Positions 39,567-50,174 of a stretch of DNA of 64,000 nucleotides are shown piece by piece. This DNA comes from Basidiobolus meristosporus CBS 931.73. Lineage: Eukaryota; Fungi; Basidiobolomycota. The translations under genes were made by a program, and so were the position numbers. Position 1 is the stretch's first letter. Every line of letters begins with the position of its first letter. The notes under the pieces are model-generated. The model saw nothing but the letters and a program-made list of their open reading frames with translations. It had not been told where the DNA came from and ran no database searches. The stretch spans positions 62,001 through 126,000 of the forward strand of contig MCFE01000042.1 of assembly GCA_002104905.1 (NCBI GenBank), written 5' to 3'.

Positions 39567-39998
39567 TCAGCAGCAGTCATCATAGCAATCATCCCAGCAT
39601 GGGTCACAGCAATCATCATAGCAAGGATCATAGCAGGGATCACAGCATGGATCACAGCAGGGATCACAGCATGGGTCACAGCAAGGATCACAGCAAGGAT
39701 CACAGCAAGGGTCACAGCAAGGATCACAGCATGGGTCACAGCATGGGTCACAGCAGGGATCACAGCAGTCATCATAGCAGGGATCATAGCAAGGATCACA
39801 GCAGGGATCCCAGCAATCATCATAACAAGGATCATAGCAGGGGTCACAGCAATCATCATAGTCATAGTATGAGTAGCCTCTCTTCTGAACTTTGCTGGTA
39901 CCTGCATCTGCCTGACCATGGGGAAGGGAGAGTGTGGTTCCAAGGAAAAGAACACCAACAACAGTGGCCAGTGAGAGATTGCTGAAAGAGAACTTCAT
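39567..39998 (-). CDS. Secreted Cys/Asp/Pro-rich repeat protein, copy 2 (143 aa)
   Basis: Same sequence as copy 1; upstream TATA-like CTTAAATA (~40050-40057) and downstream AATAAA (~39456-39461) on the minus strand. Confidence 0.8.
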   Translation of the reverse strand: MKFSFSNLSLATVVGVLFLGTTLSLPHGQADAGTSKVQKRGYSYYDYDDCCDPCYDPCYDDCWDPCCDPCYDPCYDDCCDPCCDPCCDPCCDPCCDPCCDPCCDPCCDPCCDPCCDPCCDPCYDPCYDDCCDPCWDDCYDDCC

Positions 39999-40219
39999 TT
40001 TAACTAAGAGAAAGAGATGAGTTAATCATAAAGTATTCTGTTGTAACTCCTATTTAAGGTATACCACTGTGGCAGCTGATTTTGCCCATGAGTTACAGGA
40101 TAATCTTAAATCATGGATCATAGAACTCATCATATCAATCATTGATTTGATTGCTCATTCTTCCACTCCATTTAACAATGGGGAGCAGAGCTTAGTGTAT
40201 CCTGCATTATCCCATACGT

Positions 40220-43200
40220 TTTGCTGATGTGGATGAAGAGTCTTGAGGTGGTAAAGTACTCAAGGTTCTTGTGGTCACCAAAGATCTTTATCTTTTAGGC
40301 TGCACCATCAAGGTAGTGTCTCCATTGTTCAAAGGCAACAATGATTGCAAGTAGTTCCTTATCATAGATATCTTAGTTTACCTCAGCTGGAGTAAATATT
40401 CAGGAGTAGAATGCAATAGGGTGTAGTACATTCTTATCATTGTACTGGGGAAGGATTGCACCAAGTGCAAAGTCAGAGGCATCAGCTTCTATGATAAATG
40501 GTTTCTCAAGGTCAGGGTGAGTAAGCAGGGGAGTGTACAGGAAGGATTTTGTGATGGAATTAGAGGACTTGGACTGTTCCTCATTCCAGGCAATGGGCAG
40601 ATTCTTCTGGGTGAGCATTGTCAACAGAGTGACTATTCTGGAGTAGTTGGCAATAAATCTACACTAGAAGTTGGCAAATCCAATGAAGGACTGCACATCT
40701 TTTACGGAACAGGGAGTTTTCCACAGCCAGATGGCTTCTACTTTCTTGGGGTCCATTCTTGTTTCATTTGAGCTGACAAGATAACCTAAGAACTCAATTT
40801 CTTTCTGGTCAAGCTCACATTTCTACAGTTTGGCATAGAGGCCAGCTGTGTCAAGTTTGGTCAAGACTTTCTTGACATGAGGGTTATGTTCTTCTTGGGT
40901 CTTGGAGTAGATCAAGATGCCATCAGGGTAGATAACCACAAATTGGTGAAGGTATTCATGGAATATGTCATTCATCAGGTGTTGAAAGACAGCTGGGGCA
41001 TTGGTGAGACCAAATGGCATAACTTTATACTCAAAATGACCATATCTTGTTCTGAATGCAGTTTTCCATTCATCACCAGGCTTGATCTTGACAAGGTTAT
41101 ATGCTCCTCTGAGGTCAATCTTAGTAAATACTTTGGCAACAGAGAGTTGATCCAACAGGGTGTTGATCAGGGGCAAAGGGTACTGGTTCTTGATTGTGAT
41201 CTTATTCAGTGCACAGTAGTCTACACACATTCTTAGAGTACCCTCCTTTTTTTTGACACAGAGGATTGGGGCACCAGCTGGGGACTTGGAGTGCTGAATA
41301 AAACCTTTCTGGAGGTTTTCTTGAATATAGCCATGGATTTCTTTCAACTTGGGTTGCAAGAGGTTGTAAATAGGACCAAAAGGTGGGGATTTTCCTTCTT
41401 CAAGGTTGATGGGACAATCATAGGGTCTATGGGCTGGGAGTAGTTTGGCTTTCTTCTTGTCAAAGACATGGGCAAACTCTTGATATTTGGCAGGTATTCC
41501 ATTGGAGGGGGTTCCTTCAGTGATGATGGGCTCCTGAGTCTGGGGTAGCTTAGGAAAGGATACTTCTTTACCTGAAAAATCAGGTGGTTTCATGGAGTTG
41601 ACATGGTGGATTCTGGGAATGTCAGGATTTTGGTCTTCCAGTTGATAGCTGGGTTATGGTGACTAAGCCATGAGCTTCCAAGGACTATGGAGTAGTGGGG
41701 AGAGTTGATGATGTTGAAGGCTAGTGTTTTGTGGTGGCCAGTACTGGACAGCTGGAGTAGACATGTCTCATGAGTAACAGCACTGGAAGAGAGGGACCTT
41801 CCATCAATAACTTCTACTTGGACAGGACAGGATTTCAGGACAGTGGGGATTTTGTGCTTCTGGACAAATGACTGGTCAATGAAACAGGAGGAAGCACCAG
41901 AATCTATGAGGGCAAGGACACAGACAGGGCTGGATTCAGGGAGGTGGATGTTGACAGGCATTTTTAAGGACTGGATGGACTTGGTAGTGTATGATGTTTC
42001 TTGAATGTGCTGTATTTTCATTGGAGGTTCCAGTTGCAAGCCTGTCATTGTTACTGGACATGGGAGTTTCCTGATAATTTGGGTGAAGATTGTTTACAGG
42101 ATGATTGCAGGAGCTTGAAGCTGGACTTCTTGTTAGGACAAGACTTAGCAAAGTGGCCTGGCTGGCCACAGTAAAGGCAGAGGTTTGCCTGCTGATGTCT
42201 AAATCTTTCTTCTTTTGTGAGTTTCTTATATTTAGCACTGTCAATTTGCATAGGATCATCAGGCTTAGTATTGGGTGACTGGATTACTGGGAAGGAGGTT
42301 GGCTGATAAGTATGTTGGAATTTCAGTTTCTTCTGGAAAAGACAATAGTCACATTGGATTACTTGATGCATAGCTTCACCCAAGGTGGTTGGGTCATGGA
42401 GAGTGAGAAGTAGGTCACTGACTTCATCATTAAGCCTATCTTGAAATTGACTAACCAGGGCAGCGTCACCCCAAAGGGTCAAATCACTGGCTAGTAGCTG
42501 GAATTCAGAAGCATACATGGATGCAGGTCTGTTTCCTTGCTTCAAGCTCTTGATCTTGTTGGCAGCAGTTCTGGCTTGGTCAATGTTGCCAAATGTTAGC
42601 TCCATTTCTTTGAGGAAGGCATGGTAGTTGCTGAGTAGAGCAGAGTTGGTTTCCACCAAAGTGGAGAACCATTTCTGGGCAGCTCCAGTCAGCAGGTTAG
42701 AGATATAACTAACTTTTGCTTGATCTGTTGGGAACCAATTGGGTTGTAGTGACAAGTGGTTTTTCACTATGCTGATGAAGCCTTGGAATTCATTCTGGGA
42801 GCCATTGAGCTTGGTAGTGGAAGTGATCTTGGGATCATGGTAGGAGGGAGCCTGGATAGGCTGTTGAGCATTTTGGCTCTGGAGCTGAGCAACAGAGTTT
42901 CTGAGGGCTGCATTGTCTTGTTGCAGCCAGGCAAAGGCAGCCATGAGACTTGCAAAGTTAAACTCTGGGCTGGACATGTCCTGGTAGCAGGAGGCAGAGA
43001 AGTCTCTGGGACTTGTTCAGGAATACTGGATATTGCTAGCTAATTTGTGGTTATAAAGCCACTAGTTTGTCAAGAATACAATTATTGAGCCACAATCCCC
43101 AACTTTGAATAAGTTAGCATCACTTCAGAAGGTACTGGCTTTAATGTTCTTTGATAGAGTATTGTACTAAAGCTTCCAATACTGTAACAACTGTAAACTA

Positions 43201-43918
43201 CACCAGCAGAGTAATAAAGTGAATGAAGCTTTGGCCATAATCTTACAAAGATAAAGTATCTTTTCCTTAAGAGGACAAGACTAGGGAAAGATTCAGGGTG
43301 ATACTTATAGTAGGTATTCCTTTACAAGTACTTTTCAAGAACTTTGGGTAGAAGGCAGAGATCCACAGGTAAGTCAAGAGTAGTCTGATAAAACTGTTAT
43401 GAATAGACACAAGGCAGGAAAGTAGGGCTAGGCAAGGCAAGACCAGAAAAGGACTTAGGTGTGGATCAACAAGGCAAGGTGTGTTTCCAAGGCAAGGCAT
43501 TTATTCAAGACCTGTGTTTATCAGACTGAGGAATACATAAGGGGGATAGGACTATATATACTTTTTGGCTATACTGATGCCAAGAGATATTAGCTAATAC
43601 TAATGGGTTGTGGGGTGAGGCACAGTAAGTGTGCCAAGATAGAATATACTAAGAACAGACTGGAATATCACATGGAGATATGTCAGGGGTCAGCTGATCA
43701 TGCAACCAGGTAAAATGACATGTAGTTACCATATATGGCATGGGACTACATAAATTCTAATGGGAAGCTTCCATAGAATGTTCTAATGTGTAATGTTGAC
43801 TTGGAGCTTTCAAGAAGTTGCTAGATTGTAGTACAACTTTCTAGAAGGAACTGAGATTTCTTCACTGACTTGATTTGCCTAGATAATTGGAGACCAGGGA
43901 TGTCATGCAATCATGACA
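40220..43918 (-). mobile_element. 3'-truncated, decayed Ty3/gypsy (gypsy-2, sushi/PEG10-like gag): putative 5' LTR ~43183-43918, gag 42051-42977, PR 41590-42048, RT 40823-41593, RNase H to ~40220; integrase and 3' LTR absent
   Basis: CLYCGQPGHFAKSC; ALIDSGASSCFID; [25 protein letters not shown]; VIYPDGILI (decayed YxDD); IEADASDFALG; DKELLAII. Confidence 0.9.
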
Positions 43919-44388
43919 CTAGCAGCATCTTTATCTTCACCTTCATGCTTGTTAGTTAAATCCATCCAACTTTTCAGCCAAGGGGAAAATTCCAGTTATG
44001 CAGCAGTAGACATCAAGAGAGTGACATGCTTGAGGCTCATAACCTGTTGTAAGAGTCTTAGAGATACTGAAAGTGATTGAGAGGACAAGTAGATCATGTG
44101 GCTTTCACATAATGATCTATTGCTTGTAAAAGTAGTATTTATACTTTTACATGGTCTTAGCATAGTAAACATAAGGAATAGGCTTAGGAGGGTCCCAACA
44201 GCATGTGTGAAAAGTTTGGGCTGTTTGGACAACTATGGGAATCTTCATGGTCTGAGTACCTGATATTTTGGTGAGAATATTCCAAGTAAATCCCAGCAAG
44301 CAATTTGGTCAGTATTCTCTAAGATTTGAAGGTAATGATCTAAGTGACTAAGGTGAATATACAGGTGGAATTGCAAATTTTTGTAACA
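43919..44388 (-). mobile_element. 5' end of a copia family-A element: LTR 44045-44388, PBS GGTTATGAGCC, first ~120 bp of gag
   Basis: Paralogous to 14185-14310; cut at 43919 by the gypsy-2 terminus. Confidence 0.85.
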
Positions 44389-44413
44389 ATATGCGTATTT
44401 AGTTGGGTAGGAG

Positions 44414-44756
44414 TGTTGTATATTTTATATTTGCACATAAATATTCACCTTAGTCACTTATATCATTATTTACAAATCTTTGAGAATACTGACCAAATCC
44501 CTTGTTGGGATTTACATGGATCATTTTCATCAAAATATCAGGTACCTAGAGCATGAAGTCTTGATAAGTTGTCCAAATAGCCCTAAAATTTGTCACACAT
44601 GTGCTTGGGGCCTTTAGAGACATATTGATGTGTTTTTATGCCAAAATCATGTGAAAGCACAAGCACTACTTTTAATTCAATAAACTATGAGGTAAAAGTC
44701 AGATAATGCTACCTGTTCTCCTGATCACTTCCTGTATCTCCAAGAATCTTACTACA
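44414..44756 (+). mobile_element. Copia family-A LTR in opposite orientation, preceded by a PPT-like AGTTGGGTAGGAG
   Basis: TG..CA, 343 bp, similar to 22939 and 13836 LTRs. Confidence 0.75.
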
Positions 44757-46395
44757 TCTACTTAGCATATTCTGTTGCTCATTGTAATAGGTATACCAGA
44801 ATCATTTGCTAACACAGTGCTATTGTGCAAACTTAGAGTCATGCAGGATAATACATTAATCCTGTGTTAGTGTAGACTTATACCAACTAGCTAACCATAC
44901 ACATGCAACAGCAAGTAACATATACCAGTTTATATAATTACTGTAGCTGAGTGAAAGTGTTGTAAGTACTTTGCTTGGCCCTAAACCATCTATATATGCT
45001 AAGATTCTACTTGGCTAAAGTTTGCCTAAAAGTACAACCACTTTATATGGACCCAATAAAAAAGAAATGAATACCAGGCAATTCTTTTAGTCCTCCAAAC
45101 AGCTTTCAACACTACCTAGACTTTTGCCAGAAGGAAGCCTTGCATATATCTTGGCCTCAGGGTTGGGGATTACAGGAAAGTACAACGCAGAGGGTTGTGT
45201 TTTAAACCTTTTAAGTTAACCATCCATGTGTGTCACTTGAAGTCCAGCCTCTAAATTTCCCTTTGGTCCAAGACAGAAATTATGCGGAGTCAACAGAATG
45301 GACTAGCTACGAAATCCCACCTTAGCTGCATAGGTATGCTATGTGCCATTGTTGACTGAAGCCTGCTCAGATAGGTTCTTTGCCCAGCGGGTATGACTTG
45401 GTGTAGTATAGGTAATATAAAACTAGACAACCTTGGCACCTAAAACCCATCCCGCGGCATCGGGCGGCCCTGGGGAAAGGGGGCTCTGCTTGGTTTATCT
45501 GATTGAAGGCGAACCAGGAAATGAGGGGCTGTCAAGGGGGGGGGATTGGATGATGTATTTACGGTGGTGGGAATTGCAATATCCGGGAAGGTTCATAGCT
45601 GAATGATTCTTCACTACCATCACTCCTCCCCGCAACAAAAAAGAAAATCAGATCGGATTTAGGGGCGTGGTGTGTGATACGGAGTTTTGAAGGAGTGGAG
45701 CCGAACCGGCGAGCTCGGAACCAACCAAACCACCAAGCCTAGGAGTGAACGGGTCGAAGTAGGTCAGTCGTATCGTCGTACGACCCGACCATCTTTGGCA
45801 TCAATCTGACCATCCGAAGAGGCAGGTTATCAAGGAATCGCCATGGATACTTGAACCTGGGGGACCACAGGGACCGTACCACGGTGACGGGTCGAATCCA
45901 AAAGAAATCCACCACCCCCTCCCACGTGGGCCAATCTGGATCCATCCTAGCTATGGTCAGTTTTGGGAAGACGACCCAGATCATGATCGGCCTGCAACCG
46001 ACATGGCGTCATTCAGTGACAATAAATGGGGAACGACAATCATGCATCCATTCCATCCCCCCGCCAATAATCTGACTGATCGGACCGGGATTTTCGGCGT
46101 TTTCCGAGGATGGCAAATCCCAATCCAGATGGCACTACAGTGAGCCAATCGATATCCAGTCCATCCTTATCAGATGGTAATGCGATGGATGAAATACAGC
46201 GCTGATTAGAAATCAGTATGGGATGCCAAGAGAGCGGGCGAAAGGATGGAGAAGGGGAAGGGGAAGGGCAAGGGCAAGGGCAAAGGAAGATGAGGTCTCG
46301 TTTGGATTGGAAAAGTGGTGTTTATTGGAGCGACATAACAAAATTAGAAACGTGGCGGGAATGTTGTACAATGGTTGAGAGGGAGTTGGGTAGAA

Positions 46396-47553
46396 TTATT
46401 TCATCTTCTTGGATAACTTGGCCTTCTCCGCCTCTTGCTTCTTGCGGTAGTTCTTGTACTTGATGTCGGTACCGAAGAGATGGTCCCAGATACGGAAGGA
46501 GGATGCGTAGTTGTTGACGAAGAACTGGTGATGGTAGTCGTGATGATCGGCACCTAGGGATGGGGGGTTAGGATGGGCGGGGGAGGAAGGTTCGTGTGAA
46601 GGCCATGCTTACCACTCCAGATGGGGCACCAGTGACGTGCGGAGAAGGGGAAATCGTATCCAGAGTGGGAGTCGACTGCCTGGATCAAACGACCGGTCAT
46701 CCACAAAAGAACGGTGACTACGTGGAGATCGCCGGTGCACAAGATCCAGATAAGTGGGCCACCGAAGGTTCCCATGGCGAGAAGCATGGTTTCGGCGGGG
46801 TGGGCGTATTCAGCAGCCTACACGGGTGGCGATCAGCAAGGTGACTGGAATTCCTGGAAATCTCCGAAACTTACCAAACCGAAGGGGGCGGTGAACTCGT
46901 GGTGAACCTTGTGGATGTACTTGTAGAAGAAGCCCCAATGGAAGAGACGATGGGCCCAGTAATGGTAGAAATCTTCGAACAAGAAGAACCACATCAATTG
47001 GATGGCCATTTGGAAGCTGGGCGGAAGGATTAGTCATCGGGGACGGGGACGTGGACGAGCAGTGATGCGACAACTTACAGGCTGGGGAAAGGATCGGTGA
47101 TCTTCATGCCAAGAAGCTCGGCACCGGGGTGGAAAGCGAGGATCATGGGGAGTTGGACGAAGTGGTTCTGAATGAGAACGCTCTTCAAGCATTTCCAACG
47201 CAGGGCACTGGTAACCGGTTTGTTCTGGTAAACGAAGGAATTTAGCCCGGCGTGGAGGGGGGCGTCTCGCACAACGCGTACTTACAGGCTGGATCTTGTA
47301 CTTGTCGCAGGCGGGAATGTGCTCAGCGATCCAGAATGGCACGTAGCGTCCATAGTAGAAGAGCTGATGACTGATGAAGGTGACCGCGGCGAGCACTACG
47401 GCAGGGTTGTTCCCTTCGAATAGAGACAGCCACCAGGACTCGAAAATGTTGGGCTGGTAATCAGAGATCACGGTGGTTCCGTTGAACGACCTTCAAGACA
47501 TTATTAGCACTGTGGGTAAAGGCAAGAGCTGCATCACAGAAAAGAACCTACAT
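46396..47553 (-). CDS. ERG25: C-4 methylsterol oxidase (fatty acid hydroxylase superfamily), multi-exon
   Basis: His boxes [19 protein letters not shown]; [19 protein letters not shown]; start codon inferred to be split by intron 47551-47491. Confidence 0.9.
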
Positions 47554-48330
47554 CGTAGAGAGTGTGCCGAGAGAAGATGTACGGGAACGAAATTCCTCGT
47601 GATCTTCTTATAAGAAGAATCCATCGAAAGGCCAGACTGGCCGATGGAATGGAGCGTTTCCTGTTAGGGAAGATGGCAATATCAGCTTATGCTTGGCAGA
47701 ACCGAACACTGTACCGGCAACAAATATTTCAAGGAATGCAGCGATCAAGATACTACGAGCCGCCGTTACCTGTTTCAGAAAGCCTCACGATTCAAAGCCG
47801 ATCCATCCTCTAATGCACTGTATCGCGAGGCAAGGAGAGCTGTTAGTTTCTCGGCCTTGGATCTAGACGTGAGTCGGCTATACTTGGCCTCATCAACAAT
47901 ATGATAATGACCCAAATGGGCGGGCTGATTGGGCCAATTAAATTGGCGTGATCGCATACAATGCACAACCAAATTCCAGGATCACCTAACCAACAGCTTG
48001 CATGGATTACTCTTGATTACTTATTTAACGACCACTCTCTTTGGTCTGGATTTCCTGGCAATGGGCCCTTCCGGATATCTTTCGGTAGGGCAAGTGCCGG
48101 GGACAAACAGTCGTATTTATAATCACTTGGCAGTCACCACTCCAAGTGCCGTCAAATATATCAATGCCTACGTTCTAGATGCTCCCCAGGTTAGCCTTAG
48201 TCGTGCACTAGATTCGACTTGATTCTTTATTATAGCTACAAGGGAAGAAAGGCTTAACAGCAAGCTTTACACAAATTGAACAGATCTTGGTGACTGGGAT
48301 GGCATCAAAACAGTGGCTGTGGGCACGAAG

Positions 48331-50174
48331 TTAGGGATCCTCGGTCTGCCTGCTGGATGGGAGATAGGAGGAGTATCGCTTGGAATTGGCTGGACTGCGC
48401 TGCTGCTCCCCACTCACACCCGCTCGGTAGAGTTGTCTAGGCGCCATCGACGTGGGGCGCTCCATACGTCTCCTGTTTATCCAGGTTTCCAAATCAACCT
48501 CGGAGTCGGATGGTTTGGGTTTGGCGTATTTCCCGTTTGGATTCTTGGCAATAGGGTACATATCCTCCGGGAAGACAGTGTCTACGTACTCGATGCAGAG
48601 GCGAACAATACTTCCGACTGTTCCACCTCCTACTGTGCATAAGGAAACGTCTACCAGAGGGTTTCCGCTGCGCACAAGGTTCGGGGACCAAACTACGGCT
48701 AGATTGTATGGCGTCATGAGATTTATGGAGCTCTTGGCAGAGATATCACTCATGAGCCGGAATATTTGTACAAGTAGCAGGAGCATGGGCTTGGAAAGGT
48801 GTGGGAAAATGTTGCGTCGAATGTACTGAATAGACTCCATGTCATTTCCACAGCTTCCCATCTCTCGAATCAGCTCGTAAATGTCTGCAGGGAACGCCGG
48901 TGTGGGTAGCTCCCGGAAAAACATCTTTAACAAGACCGCGGCGACATGAATCCCGTAGTCGTCCAGATTTAATGAATTGCCTGCAAGGGGTTCAATTAAC
49001 GTTCACACCGGATTCAAGCGGCGGTCTACCTACCTCGATTGTATATCTCTTTGGCCTCTTTCAGCGACCTTGAGGCCGGCGAGCGTCGGAATATACCCTC
49101 CACCTCAATTCCTGGCATATGAAATCTCAATACTCCCGCACCGTCAAGTACTCGTGGAAACACAACAAACCATTGACTCTTATAAACTCTATACAGTCGC
49201 AGAAGAACTCCGGCAACCCCAGTTCACCTTCCTGGCCCATCATAGTCTCTATTGGCACGCCGAAAGCTTGCGGCGTAAAGGAAGTCTTGTCTTGATTAGA
49301 AGGAACAATAATCTGAGATTCAAATTGGAAATTGAACCTGACAAACAATCGTGACACGTTAGCACCACCAACAGAAATGGGTAAACCCACTGAGACATCT
49401 TACTCGTAAACGGCATCCGGTATTTGAATTTGCTGGATCGGTACATAGCTAGCCAACTTTGATAAAGTTTCAACGTAGACCACTTTTTTGGCGAACTTCG
49501 GGCTGCTGAAATCGTTAGTATGGAGCGTGAAGGATTCTTATGTAGAAAGGCCAACCTGACTACGACGTTCATCATGTCCAGAATAAGTCGGGGCCAGCGC
49601 GAGGGATGGACTACATAAAGATTCTTGAGATTCTTTTTGTATCTAAAGGCGCGGTTAGTTCCTCTTGTCATTCGGTTACAGGTGCTGACCAAGAAACGGG
49701 CTTACTTTCGGCTAAGCTTGCTGTACGCTTTGAATAACCAGACCCAACTTGGGCGGTACGTGGCACCGCCAGAAAATAGCACCACGGTATAATCACTCTC
49801 AACGAACTGATCGAGCTTTGCCAGGATCAGACTAGAATTTAAAGAAACTCGCGGGTTTAAAAGAAGTGATGCATATGGGTGTGAGAGAACCAGTGGAACA
49901 TACGCGAGCATCTGATCGTAATCAACAACTTTCGGGTTTGGTAAGCTACAGGCGCTGAATACCAGCATAGGTTTACTTTCAAGGTCAACACCTGTTGTTT
50001 GGTGCAAGGTGAGTATCGGAATAAGACAGCTTGGATAGTTCTTCGGCTACCTGACTGGTATATGATCTTCGTGTTGACCAGCTCTGAAAGCTCTTCATCT
50101 GATTGAGCGTTGAGTGCTGAGCTACTGCTACTGGAAGCAAAAGAGCGTAGCCCACTGAAACTAAACCCACTCAT
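48331..50174 (-). CDS. BCH/CRAL-TRIO (Sec14-like) + RhoGAP protein (ARHGAP1/Ecm25-like)
   Basis: VDLESKPMLVFSAC..LDQFVESDYTVVLF..YKKNLKNLYVVHPS; RhoGAP FGVP.., EGIFRRS, LLKMFFRELP, NLMTPYNLAVVWSPNL. Confidence 0.88.

Noticed and set aside
39567-39880. Idea that the Cys codons are just CpG-deaminated Arg codons (CGC/CGT > TGC/TGT)
   Set aside because: Random deamination on both strands would also give His (CAC/CAT). None occurs in that frame, and the variable position alternates among C, Y and W.
43170-43183. Self-priming (Tf1-like) PBS for gypsy-2, since no TGG-type PBS is visible
   Set aside because: The only partial complement I found (~43760) lies upstream of the putative TATA and would not be in the transcript; the LTR boundary itself is uncertain.
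45739-46463. Several 74-81 aa ORFs downstream of ERG25
   Set aside because: No recognisable domains or consistent splice pattern; likely UTR or intergenic.
47562-48222. Short plus-strand ORFs between ERG25 and the RhoGAP gene
   Set aside because: They overlap the expected ERG25 promoter and RhoGAP 3' UTR, with no coding signatures.
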